Source: Octopus bimaculoides (Eukaryota). From it: DNA of 56,323 nucleotides. The first letter of the stretch is position 1. Each line of letters begins with the position of its first letter. The position numbers were made by a program, and so were the translations under genes. Below are positions 1-11,852 of the stretch, piece after piece. The stretch is from the NCBI RefSeq assembly GCF_001194135.2, contig NC_068981.1, positions 98,214,061 through 98,270,383 on the forward strand, given 5' to 3'. Under the pieces are notes generated by a model. It saw only the letters and a list, made by a program, of their open reading frames with translations. It searched no databases and was not told the origin of the DNA.

Positions 1-152
1 GAGCCAGTCAGGCGGTACTGGCAACGGCCACGCTCAAAATGGTGCATCTCATGTGCCACCCGCACAAGAGCCAGTCCAGGGGCACTTGTGCGGGTGGCAC
101 ATGAGATGCACCATTTTGAGCGTGGCCGTTGCCAGTACCGCCTGACTGGCTC
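1..152. repeat. Perfect 68-bp inverted repeat (arms 1-68 and 85-152, 16-nt spacer), GC-rich, derived from an interspersed repeat
   Basis: 85-152 is the exact reverse complement of 1-68 (checked base by base). The CTGGCAA-N5-CACGCTC motif recurs on the minus strand near 15560-15585. Confidence 0.95.
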
Positions 153-484
153 CCGTAGGATTTTCGAAATTCAAAAAACATGTAGAAAATAAACATACGA
201 ACATATACTAAATACACATGACTGTGTGTGTGTGTGTGTAAAACGTAATATAATGTAATATATAATATCTGTAGATTAAAGGGTCTGGAGCAATAGCATC
301 TTTTAGCTAACAACACAGGATATTGGACCACCTATTCCCAGGGAGAAAATGATGTTTTAATCAATGATTCATATTCTGGTTTAGTACCAAGATGTCCCAC
401 AGACCATCTACACAGACCTGGGCAGACCTAAAAAGACAATACCTTATAATAATAATAATAATAATAATAATAATTATAACTTAC

Positions 485-590
485 ACAAACCCTGAATGGC
501 AGTTTTCCAAACATCAGCAGATGAAGGTAGTTACTGGTGGAAAGCCACTTTGTCAGATAGTTCCTAATAGGCCAAATATTAGGCAGCCCA
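485..590 (-). CDS. Candidate internal exon of an unidentified host gene (GLPNIWPIRNYLTKWLSTSNYLHLLMFGKLPFRVC)
   Basis: Acceptor TACGTTCTTCTGTAG, 106-nt stop-free segment, perfect GTAAGT donor (484-479). No partner exon or homology recognised. Confidence 0.25.
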
Positions 591-2137
591 CTACAGAAGA
601 ACGTACATCTTCGCTATCGTAATACCTTTGTGCCATGAGAAGAAGATTTTGAAAGTAAAGATTATGCTGATCTGATCATTGCAATCAATTACTGCCTTTT
701 CATATAGAGGTTTGTCACTTCTTATTTATTTTTCATGTGTTTGTGTATGCACATGCATGCATGCATGCATGTGCACACATGCATGCATGTGCATACATGC
801 ATGCCTGTGTAATGTTATAACTTTCATGCTATGTTCATGGTGGGTTATAGAAGATTCAAGAAATATTAACACAGAATTAACAGTAAACACATCAGCTAAG
901 GTTACAAATTGAAATTCAGTTTTTTTTATTTTCTATTTCATTTTATTTTAGTCTTCTATTATTTTTCTATTCCTTCCCACACTACCATCTTCCTTCCTAT
1001 TCACATAGTTAAATAAGTTTGTAACCTCCCTGAAATAGATAAGTGCCAACTTTAAAGCAAAAAGAAAAATAAAGTACAAAGTTATTGATTCTGCATGTTT
1101 CACTGTCTTTTCTCTTTTTATAGGTCTTTGCTCCACTGCTTCCCTAGTGCATCATGTTTGATGTGTAAATCAATATCTGACAGTTAAATATCTGTTGTCA
1201 AACTCTAGCTTCATCTGATTTAAAGTTTCAAAGAGTTAATGATGCGATAACAGGTATTGGATACTGAGGTGAGATGACAACTGAGTGATTAAGGTATAAA
1301 ACTAACTGTAAATAGGTCATGAGTTCAAATGTGTTGCTGGTGTTTCATAGTGTTTCGGGGCACAAAAAAACCTACACACACACACTTTTCTATTACCTCA
1401 GCTCTCCCAGCTATCAGGAATATTTCAGATCAGTCACTAAACTACAATGTATCAATTCTCATGGTATTGAATTTCAACAGAATTTCCATTAGACTCATCA
1501 GACATGAATTAGCTAATGAGGGTAACTTGCTAAATATAACAGCCAAATCTCACTCAAACTATACCCTATTTTCTTAGAAAAGGCCATATTAGATAATGTA
1601 GTCTCACATGCACTATACTTTGGATACAAAAAAAGAGACTGGAATGCTTAATCAATATCAACTTGAAGCTAAACAACATTAACTCATCTTGCACAGTCCA
1701 TTTACCCATAGGTGGACATCTAGCTGGGCCACAAAAAAATCCCAAGCTGACAGAGATAACTGAAAATACACTTGTTTGGTAAAAAATCTGATCTGAGTTT
1801 GTGTATTGAAACTGAAACAATTACAGCCAAATTTGTTGTTTAAATACACACACCATTATATTTACTTTTATGCTGTAATTGTCTTATATTATTAAGCATC
1901 TATGCATGTTGTAAGAGGTGCCTAAAAGTGTCAGCTCACTGGAACGAGAGTGTCTGGCTATATAAAGCACACTGCCTCAGAACAGTCATCTTACTGAAGC
2001 CAACACCAATAAATAGGTGTATAACACAATTATGAATGAGGAAGAAAGACTTTCATCATACATTTATAAGCTGGTTGCTTCCAATCTATTTATATCGTAA
2101 CAATTTACAACAAAGATAGGATGGCAGNNNNNNNNNN

Positions 2138-2174
<37 letters not shown>

Positions 2175-2556
2175 AGAGGGGGAAGAGAAATTTAAATAGA
2201 TATGTAAGTCTTTGTGTTTGTCTCCCACCACCACTTGACAACTGGTGTTGGTTTGTTTATATCACCCATGACTTAGCAGTATAGCATAAGAGGCTAACAG
2301 AATAAGTACCAGACATTAAAATGAGTACTGGAGTCAATTTGTTTGACAAAACTCCTTAAGATGGGGCTCCAGCATGGCCGCAGTCAAACTACTCAAACAA
2401 GTAAAAATAAAAGAAAAGAGATTAATACTTTAGAATCAAATGTATATTAAATATATAAGGTGATTCAGAAGTCCCTTTTGTATTTTTTTTTCTTTTTTGC
2501 AATTTTGCTATTTTGTGGTGAACGTCAACCCTGAAAGGATGAAAGGCAAAGTTGAC

Positions 2557-3600
2557 TTAACCCTTTCGTTACCATATTTCTAACCAAAATACACCCCTTA
2601 TGTGTTTCAATTAATTTCTAACATAATCATAAATTTAGTCTGGTTTCATTAAACAACTCTAACTTTTTTATTTATCAACATATTAATGTGATTTTTGGAA
2701 GATAATTTAACGAAAGGTTCTCAACCAATTCTATACCAAAATTTTTGTCACAAAGTGACTCTAATTACAGGTAAATTCAACAAAATATAAAATTATTAAA
2801 ATTTTTGTTCAAACATCGCTATAGAAAATGGGTTATTAGCTAATATTCAATTGGGTATACAACAAAATATTATTATAGAAGAGTTGTGCACATTACTGTC
2901 TCTTTTGCCAGTATAAAATTAAAATNNNNNNNNNNNNNNNNNNNNNNNNNNNNNNNNNNNNNNNNNNNNNNNNNNNNNNNNNNNNNNNNNNNNNNNNNNN
3001 NNNNNNNNNNNNNNNNNNNNNNNNNNNNNNNNNNNNNNNNNNNNNNNNNNNNNNNNNNNNNNNNNNNNNNNNNNNNNNNNNNNNNNNNNNNNNNNNNNNN
3101 NNNNNNNNNTTGATTCACAAATCTTCCAAACTTTGATCCCCCATTTTGTGGGCTTTCCTGGCATATACTGTCGAAAACGCACTTGGCCTTTATAGCCCAC
3201 CATATCCTCATCTATAAACTGTTTTATATGTGTTTTGAACACAGTCAATGAGGGGTCTTATTTTAAATAAGGGATCAAAGTCTGGTTATCCACGTACTGG
3301 TGTTCTGCTCGTGTCTCTTACATGTAGATATTGTGTCAATTTTAAAAACCGTATCCTCGTCATTATACCTATTCGTCTCCAAAGGGTTCATCACTACTCC
3401 AGTAATTTGTTATTCTAGGTAACTTTCTAATGCCTATAATAATATTTATGGCAAAATATGCTTTAATTTCATTCAAGTTTGTGGGAAACCACAAACTATC
3501 CTTTTTTACGCTTTGTTTACATTCAGCATTTGTTACATATGCAGATTATCTGTTCCTTTGTAACAGCAATGAACTATACCCACATCTTGTGATTATTTGA
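2557..3600 (-). mobile_element. piggyBac DNA transposon relic: one TTAA-CCCT terminus (2557-2564) plus decayed transposase
   Basis: Minus-strand translation across frameshifts/stops gives WFPTNLNEIKAYFAINIIIGIRKLPRITNYWSSD, MTRIRFLKLTQYLH, DPLFKIRPLID and IDEDMVGYKGQVRFRQYMPGKPTKWGIKVWKICES, all piggyBac transposase hallmarks. Runs into the 2926-3110 gap; other terminus not found. Confidence 0.92.
3111..3600 (-). pseudogene. piggyBac transposase pseudogene fragment (up to the first catalytic Asp region, IDEDM)
   Basis: Motifs as above, with in-frame stops and at least one frameshift. Confidence 0.9.
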
Positions 3601-5159
3601 TAATTAGAGTGCTACAATTATTTCGCTATGTAAGAGATGCTGTTCATCCATAACTGACCAACCTGCTTTCTGTATTGCTTCTCTGTCCCTGGTAACATCA
3701 GCAGTGTCCCTCTAACATCATATCTAGCTAGATCCTCATTAGCCTGTGAAATATATGTCTTGTGCTTTAGCAGCTATGTAACTGGAATGGGAGGTATTTT
3801 GTCTAAAATCATGATTTGTAAGGCATGACTTTATGATTAAGCAACTCACTTTGCAGTCATGTGGATTCAGGTTCAGTCCCACTACACAGCAACTTGGGCA
3901 AGTGTCTTCAATATAGACCTAGGCTAACTAATGCCTTATGAGTAAAGTTAGTAAGTAGAAACTATGTGGAAGCCTTGTGTGTATGTGTGTTCATCTCCCT
4001 ACCCACTACATCCCTGTAACTTAGTGGTTCAGTAAAAGAGACCAATAGAATAAGTACCAGACTTTAAAAAAAATAGTACTGGGGGGTAATTTGTTCAATT
4101 AAACTGCTTAAAGCAGTGCCACAGTCCAATGATTGAAACAAAAATGAAAAATAAAAGACAGCTATCCAAAAATGAAATTGGCAGTTAGGAGGAACTGGAA
4201 GCTTGTATTCAATTTGGCTTAATGGGAACTTATTCCACTCCTTGTTTTTAAATGCAAAATTCTCACAAATAATTGTTACTGCTTAGCCCCAGGTCATCTT
4301 TGACCAAGCAAACCAATGATCAAAGAGTTTTCAGCCCTGACAATATTGTCTATTTTTGACACATTATACCTAGGACTACATTAACCAATGGTGCTTCCTT
4401 TGTTTTGGTTTGGTTTTTATGTGACAATATAATATAAAATGAGGGAGATTCTACTACTGTTTTCTAACAGGCCAAGCCAAACAACTGCACAACAGCTTCT
4501 CTCATAGGTTTGTGATTTGCGAGAAATGTAGCAGATATTTCCAGCAACTCTAGCACTAATAATTCTTTACAAAGAAAGATATCAGTGATGCAATTGAAGT
4601 GAAAGGACTTGTTGCTTGAATTCAAATCAGGGTCACAGACATGAATCATCATGAATTCACAATATCTACTGTATGGCACTCATATATCTATGTGATGATC
4701 TGTAGAGCAAAATAGGCAGGCTAGTCTCGATTGATTGTTAATATTTTATGGGGAGTCATTTTTGTGCATTATTCATTGATTATGTAATGAAGTGTAAACA
4801 AAACCAGTTTTGTATAACTCAAACCCTGACATTTTTTACCATTACAGTTTAACTACAAACAACTTTTAAATTATTAAATCATTACTCATACAGAAAATTC
4901 ATATGCTGACTATGTCAAACTGAAATTAACAACTTAATAATTGTCAAGCCTAATTTCTAGCCATAGGAACCATGCCAAATCAAACAGTAGAGCATGGCAA
5001 AGTATTCTGACTTGCCAGCTCTTGTTAAAACATCTGAGCCATGCCAGTAAGGAAGGAGGACTTAAATGATGATGATCATGATAATGATATACTAATGTCG
5101 TGTTATTTCTAAAATGGAAACTAGATTTCATAAAGCACAAACACTATCACATCACTCAA

Positions 5160-6270
5160 AGAGGGAGAGCTGTCAAGTAAATAAGTGATCATATACTAGA
5201 AATAGCAGCCAAATCTCTCTCACATCACAACCTACCATTTTAAAAAAGGCAGGGCAGACTGAATAAAGTGCCTCTTAGATGATGTAGTACTACATACAGG
5301 GTGAGATAGGTAAATTGTTACCATTTTATATTTTTTATTTCACACATGCATATTGTTTTGATCTTGTTGACCACACAGTGTAGTAGGTTCAGTTGGACAT
5401 CATCTGTGAGAAAAACAGCACCATGATACAATTCACTCTGCCAGCAATTTGGAAACAACATGGTGTACTGCTTGGCATTTGCGCCTAAAGCTCCAATATG
5501 AACATTTCAGAATGTTTTGATGTCAATCTGAGGACAGTGCAATCTGAGGTCTTGTACTGAGAGTGATAAAAATCAAGCATCCAGTCAACATCATGGTGAT
5601 CACTAGTGATGGCAACGTTATGCCTCCATTCATCTTCCCACATGGTCTCGGACTCAACACAGAGGCCTACATCAAGTGCCTGGAGGAAGTAGTACTGCCC
5701 TGGGTCAAGAGGGTGTCTGCTGGAAGACACTATACTTGGTAACAGGACTCTGCACCATGCCACACAAGCAGGAGAACCCAATCATGGCTGTCAGACAATT
5801 TCTGTGACCACATCACCCCTAACATCAGGCCAACTAACTCCCCAGACATCAACTCCCTTGATTATTATATGTGGGGTGCAGTTGAGCAACAAAACTCCTT
5901 GCAACACCAAAGATGAACTGAAGGTAAGCATTATGGCAGCATTCACCAACTTAAACAACGAGACCACCCAGAAGAGTTGCAGGAGATTCCAAAGTTGTCT
6001 GGAGGCCATGGTTGAAGCCAATGGTGATTTTATTGAATATATTTACTCTTTAGTATCTCAAGATATTTTTATGTAATTTTGGTAAATATATCTGTTAAAA
6101 TGAGAGGTCAGTGTTATTTTCATTTTTGTGTAATTTAGATGACAGTTTATTCACTGCACTCTGTATATTATATCTGAAAATCTGACTGGATAGTCAAGGC
6201 TGGAATACCTATGACCATAAGTCAGGTCAATCAAAGCAAAACTGGGCCTAAATAACAATAACAACACAGT
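5160..6270 (+). mobile_element. 'Family B' unclassified ~230-bp interspersed repeat with (AAC)n-like tail, split by the maT insertion (halves ~5160-5296 and ~6164-6270)
   Basis: Core TAGAAATAGCAGCCAAATCTC...GCTGGAAT...GGGCTAAACAACAAC. Other copies: ~1515-1685(+), 4270-4505(-), 14703-14900(-), 16030-16090(-), 28195-28790(+, split), 35040-35228(+), 41950-42137(+), 48150-48332(+). Confidence 0.8.
5297..6163 (+). mobile_element. Tc1/mariner DD37D (maT-type) transposon, internally deleted, TA-flanked
   Basis: TA|CAGGGTG...CACTCTG|TA ends. From 5575: KHPVNIMVITSDGNVMPPFIFP...W*QDSAPCHTSRRTQSWL...NSPDINSLDYYMWGAVE, then frameshifted KTPCNTKDELK...LEAMVEANGDFIE. 37 residues lie between Asp codons 5746 and 5860. 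Confidence 0.9.
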
Positions 6271-7695
6271 CACCATCATGCTGCATTAAAATATCTCAAG
6301 AATCAATAATATGGAACTATATATACAGTGTACACCATGTATCTGTAAGAAAATGTATATATATATCTGAAAGAATGAAGTCAAGCGTTGGAGGCAAGAC
6401 AGACATACATACATATATAGACAGACAGACAGAGAGGCAATCATTTTAACACCCCGAAATGAAGTTGTTGTGTGACAATGAATCAATAAAGCTCTAAGAG
6501 GAGATGAAAATATCAAGATAGCAGTAGCAAATCTAATGAGGCTACAGTAATTAACCTAAAGATCAAGTAGTGAACATCTCTTGCTGCAAGTGTTGTAATG
6601 AATATCACAAATATTGGACTCTTGAGAAATGACACAGTTTACAGGATTGATCTTTAAGGAATCAGAAGAGTACATATATTCAAATATATATATATATATA
6701 TATATATTCACAATATCTAAAGATTAAATATGACACCCAATGCCACGCTATGAACATAGCATGAAATTTCTATATGACTGCCTCTTATAATGTTTTACAT
6801 TACAATTGTTATAAATTTAATCCAGGTTATTTTTATATTTTTGCTTGTGTTTTGAAGGGTTTTTTTAAACAAATCCTGTTCACATAACTTACAAGATTTT
6901 TACCAATTCTTTCAATTCAATTTGCAATAAACACATTTTTTTTTATACCCTCTCTTTTTCTTTTAAATTTATTCATTCATTCATTTCTTGTTTGCAAATT
7001 CCATTTATATAACGTATGACTTCCTTAACACTGGATTTCATATTGAAAATTTTCCACTTAAAAACTTCTTCCTAATCATCAGAGCTGTCACTTCAATCTC
7101 TCTCACTACACTCACAGATTATAAACAGTTCTCCAAGTTTCCCTAGTGACTGTTCAAAGCAATGCTATTTTCTCTGGCTCAAATAATTGTGTATGCTTTC
7201 TTTCTTTCTCTCTCTCATCAAACCAAACTTCTAGAAGGCATAAATCATCGTTGACTGTACATTCCCAAACTAACTACATTCAACTGAAATAAATACCAGA
7301 ACTTTCTGTTTTTTTTTCTTTTAATAGTTGATTAGCTTTTCTTTCCATTTTTTACCTCTTCTGTTTTCCCAAACCATTCAGAACATCCATAAAACTCATC
7401 AGAAAAGAGAAAAAAATGGAAATGCTATTTGAAAAACAAGGTGGAAAAGAATGCAAATAAGAACATATGCACCAAGAAAAATTTTTTAAACATTTTTTTT
7501 TTAAATAATTAAATCCAATAAAAAATGCTTAACAGTATTTACCATTGTAACTATCACAGACTAGGCAGAAGGAACCAATAGGTTTCTCTTTATACCCTGC
7601 AAAGATAAAGAAAGATAAAGAAAAATATTATATATACATATATTTATATATATAATATACACATACATGCATATACTACAAAATACACACATTAC

Positions 7696-7814
<119 letters not shown>

Positions 7815-8879
7815 TATATACATACACACACACATGTATGCAAACACATTATATAAACAGATATATGTATACACACATGTGCACATACAAACTAAGTTGA
7901 ACAAACATGATTTTTAAACTGCTGTTAATAAATATTAAAGCAAATCTAACAAATCCAATATGAAAATGAAAAATAATCAATCACAGGTTAAAATAGGAAT
8001 CTATAAAAGAGGCATGAAATAAAAAATAAAAAAATAAATGAATAAAATACCCACAAAATATACAAAAATGAAGAAAATTAAGTGTTTTCTTAAAGAACAC
8101 TAAAATAACAACTGAACAGGTAAAGATAACGGCATCACTACAAAGTATAGTAAATAATATGTAATGTATACATGGACAAAAAAATAAAAAACTTTTTTAT
8201 TGATTACAGATATGTATAAGCCTGAAGGAACACTGTTAAAGATGACTCATGTTGAGCAAACATTCCTTCCTAATGGCTAAACTATTGATGTAACTCCCCA
8301 TGTCTGTTCCATCTGTAAGCAACAAACCACCACCACAACCACTACTGTCACTACTACTAGTGCTACTACCAACCCTATTACCTCTACCTACCACCACCAA
8401 CATTTCAATCATTACAACTAACTCATAAAACTCTTCCACTGAAGTGATGGCTCGGCTTGGCTTGGCCTGGGTAAGGATTGACATTGCTACTCTTTAGTCG
8501 TAGTTTCAACTGCTGTATGCAAATACCTGAGGAGGAAATATAAGGAGTTTCCAACTTGGTCTCTCATTCTTTCAGGGTCAAGTACTGAGTTTGATGAACT
8601 CAACTAAACCCCTTCCCACTGACACTCCTGGCCTTTACCGTGCCATTCAAAACACTAAGTAGCATTTCTTCTGGTTCTTTACATTCTAAGTTCAAATAAC
8701 ACTGGAATTGATGTAATCAACTTATCACTCTCCTAAAATTGCTGGCTTTGAGTCAAAATGCCTCATCCTTTTGTGGGTCAAAAAAAAAAGTATCAGTTGA
8801 ATACTGGAGTTGCCATAATTGATTTAACCTGTCTCTGAAATTTCTTGCATTGTGCTAAAATTTGAAACCATAATTATCA

Positions 8880-9416
8880 TATTATTATTGAGCGTGAGAG
8901 CAGTGCATGCCATCAAAGTGACACTAGGGTACAATATACAAAGCAGAGTATACCCATCATGACAGCCTGTCTGATAAGGGTACACTAGGCACATGCATCA
9001 CAACCATATGTGCGCAACCTGGTGATCTCACATCACGATAAACAGCACATGATCCTTGCAAACGGAGCCCAGCTAGAATTTTCTTCTGGTTGAGTAGCTC
9101 ATCCTGCTCAAAAGGTCCCTGAATAAGGTTTTGTTTAAGGATGATGAACAAAACACCCATGTTTCCAGAGGTGAATTATTCAAACCCCAAAGAATCCCTT
9201 TCGACACATGGCTATGATGCTCCCCCACTACTTCTGCTCGTGATCAGAGATGCATATATCATCAGCCACAAAGGGACATGCTCAACTGGTTAACGTCAAG
9301 CAACTGACAAGCAAACCTGTAGCCTAGCTTTTATACCAAGACAAAACAATGTACATGATAACACTCCCAATCAATTAAAATCAAAAGCCATGAGAGCCAC
9401 TGCCTGGTACTGCACT
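8880..9416 (-). mobile_element. Probable non-LTR retroposon 3' region ending in a (TAA)n tail on the minus strand; unclassified
   Basis: More GC-rich than flanks; minus strand ends ...CTCACGCTCAATAATAATAAT. No recognisable protein motif. Confidence 0.45.
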
Positions 9417-9830
9417 AAGGCAGTGAGGTGGCAGAATTGTTGGTATGCCGGGTGAAATGCTTAGTAGCATTTCATGTCTTTACATTCTGAGTTCAAATTC
9501 CATTGAGGTTGACTTTACCTTTCCTTCTTTCGGGGTCGATAAAATAAGTACCATTTGAGTACTGTATCAATGTAATTGATTAGCCTTGTGCCTATGGTAG
9601 AAAGGATTATTATTATTATTATTATTTAAGGTGGTGAGCTGGCAGAATCATTATCACACCAAGCAAAGTGCTTAGCAGCATTTGATTCATCTTCACATTC
9701 TGAGTTCAAAATCTGCTGAAGTTGACTTTACCTTTCAGGGTCAATAACACTGAGGTCGATGTAATCAACTTATCACTCCCGTAAAATTGCTGGCTTTGAG
9801 CCAAAATTTGAAATTATTATTATTATTATT
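9417..9830 (+). mobile_element. Two tandem copies of 'Family A' SINE (~210 bp, (ATT)n tail)
   Basis: Shared GGCAGTGAGCTGGCAGAATC...TTCTGAGTTCAAATTCC...CTTTCATCCTTTCGGGGTCGAT...AAAATT...GTGCC, with B-box-like GAGTTCAAATT. Roughly 20 copies/fragments, e.g. 8560-8885, 13578-13800, 14350-14460, 15091-15312, 17470-17570, 32460-32680, 47255-47385, 47480-47612 (+); 2515-2556, 53205-53405, 53455-53640 (-). Confidence 0.88.
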
Positions 9831-10034
9831 CAGGTCACTGCTTGGAATCGAACTTGGAATCTTGGGGTTAGTGGCCTGAATAATAATAATAACAATAACA
9901 TCGAAAAATACCTTAGGAATGAGAACCCAGGTTTGAAATTTCCCCAAGACACCTGATGACGGCTGGAGAGTATATCATCTGAAACATTGTGTTAACAACA
10001 AACAAGATACGGACAAATATCCGTCAAATGTAAA
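9831..10034 (+). mobile_element. Penelope-like/retrozyme-like remnant carrying a hammerhead motif
   Basis: Inserted at an (ATT)n tail, internal (AAT)n, hammerhead core at 9953-9988, B-box GTTCGATTCC on the minus strand at 9844-9853. Family assignment is inferred from the hammerhead type. Confidence 0.55.
9948..9993 (+). ncRNA. Degenerate minimal type-I hammerhead ribozyme motif
   Basis: GACAC-CTGATGA-C-GGCTG-gagagtatat-CATCT-GAAAC-ATT-GTGTT: stem I GACAC/GTGTT, core CUGAUGA and GAAA, 4/5-paired stem II, vestigial stem III. Confidence 0.7.
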
Positions 10035-10198
10035 TAATGTAAATAACTGGAGTCAATGTAATCGACTTACGCCCTCCCCTAAAATTGCTGTATATGTATA
10101 TTATATGAATATATATATATATATATTTCGTATGTGTATTTCAAGGACTGAACCAGTGCGTGTGTTTATTTCCGGCATAATGCCTCTCCCAAGGTTTA

Positions 10199-10244
<46 letters not shown>

Positions 10245-11101
10245 AAAGATGAATATTATATGGAAGTTATGAAGAAAACACTTATCTTTATATTATCTTT
10301 ATATATGCCCATATATACACAAACTCAAGGATAAAAACACATGCATTCCACAGAGTGCATCATGATTAGATTTAGTGAGTTATTTTTCACTAAATGTGCA
10401 CAACAAATATTCATAAAATTATGGATCATTTGGGGCTGGAACCCAAGTTTAATGAATTGATGAGAAAAAGTAACCTTTCATACACAATCTAAAGAAAACT
10501 CAGATTACAAATAACAGCAGCATCAGCCTTGAATAAATAAATGATTTATATGCATTGGAAACTCTCAAATTTGTAAAAAAACAAAAGTGTGTGTATGTGT
10601 GTGTGCGTGCGCGCGCGCATGCACAGACATCTCAAAAGTAAATAGACACCATATTTGAAAGATATATTTCTAGAAAACAAAATAATGTTCTTTGATGAAC
10701 TGAATCCGTATTTTAATATTTAGTAGACATACCTTGTGCAGTTTTTAATTAGTAACCTGTTTGCAAATCATACTAATGATTTATCTCTGCACAGATAAAC
10801 CTGTATGAGTGATGTCTATTTACTTTTGAAGCATGTGTGTGTGTGAGTGTGCATGTGATGTGTGTGCATGCTTGTTTCCTTTTGTCAAAACAGTTTTGAG
10901 AGAGACATAATATTTCAACAGATAAAGTTGGATAGAAAGAGATTTTATACATTAACGCATTTCAAAATTGGCCATTATTTGCAGAAAAATATCTAAAGGA
11001 AATTAAATCTCTACTTATGTTTCTTTTCAAAATATAGTATACCTTCTTAACATCTTTTAATGGACACATTAGATGATGGCCTTTCACATATGTTTACATG
11101 T

Positions 11102-11545
11102 CTAATGTATTTTTCTGCATCTATGTATATGCACACAAAGACATGTACACACATTCGTGTACATGTGTGTGTATACACATTTGTGTACGTGAGTGCATTT
11201 CATGTATGAACGTGTTTGTATACACTTTTGTGCACGTATGAGTGCATATATACTTTTGTGTGCATGTGAATAATTTTGGATATGTATATGTTTGGATACA
11301 TATGTGTATGCTTTATGAATGTACACTTGAGTGCACATGAATGCTTTTTGCTGTGCACATAAATACTTTCTAATGTAAATGCATGCTTATGTACCCACCC
11401 TTAACAGTATGTTTATGCTTTGGTGTATATAACTGTATATCTTTTTGCTTATAGTTGTGTACATATGTTCAATGTACACAACCTTTGGTGCAAGAATCTT
11501 ACACAAGCATGTACGTTTGTTTAAATCTATGTGTTTGTATGTTTT
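11102..11545. repeat. Degenerate (TG/TA/CA) compound microsatellite; a similar tract lies at 11855-12225
   Basis: Alternating purine-pyrimidine low-complexity sequence. Confidence 0.85.
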
Positions 11546-11553
11546 TGAGTGAA

Positions 11554-11852
11554 GGTGTATGGCTCAGTGGTTAGAGTATCGGGCTCACAATGAGGTAGTG
11601 AGTTTGATTCTCGGACCAGACTATGTGTTGTGTTCTCCAGTTCACTCAGCTGTAGAGATGAGTTGTGACATCACTGGTGCCAAGCTGTAGCAACCTTTCC
11701 CTTTCCTTTGGATAACATAGGTGGTGTAGAGAAGGGAAGTTGGTATGCATGGACGACTGCTGGTCTTCTCTAAATAACCTTGCCTGGACTTATGCCTCAG
11801 AGGGGAACTTCCTAGGTGCAATCCTATGGTCATTCATGACTGAAGGGGGCCC
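11554..11852 (+). mobile_element. tRNA-derived SINE ('Family D' head with a distinct 3' tail)
   Basis: A-box TGGCTCAGTGG, B-box-like GAGTTTGATTC, then TGTGTTGTG...CCAGTTCACTCAGCTG as in the 28905 copy; 3' part differs. Confidence 0.8.

Noticed and set aside
948-1180. Possible small exons on either strand near 1000-1160
   Set aside because: Acceptor-like tracts exist, but donors are weak or stops follow quickly, and phases do not join the 485-590 candidate.
4464-4679. Protein-like ORF (…ELLVLELLEISATFLANHKPMREAVVQLFGLAC) with a plausible acceptor
   Set aside because: Its 3' end overlaps the start of a minus-strand Family B repeat; weak donor; two frames are equally open.
5485-6021. Minus-strand ORFs 5485-5781 and 5791-6021; likewise 24174-24470, 37136-37417, 37567-37863, 39044-39298, 45501-45722, 48833-49102
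   Set aside because: Antisense shadows of transposon coding relics.
8236-8484. 82-aa minus-strand ORF
   Set aside because: Driven by (CAC/TAC)n low-complexity sequence; no splice or homology support.
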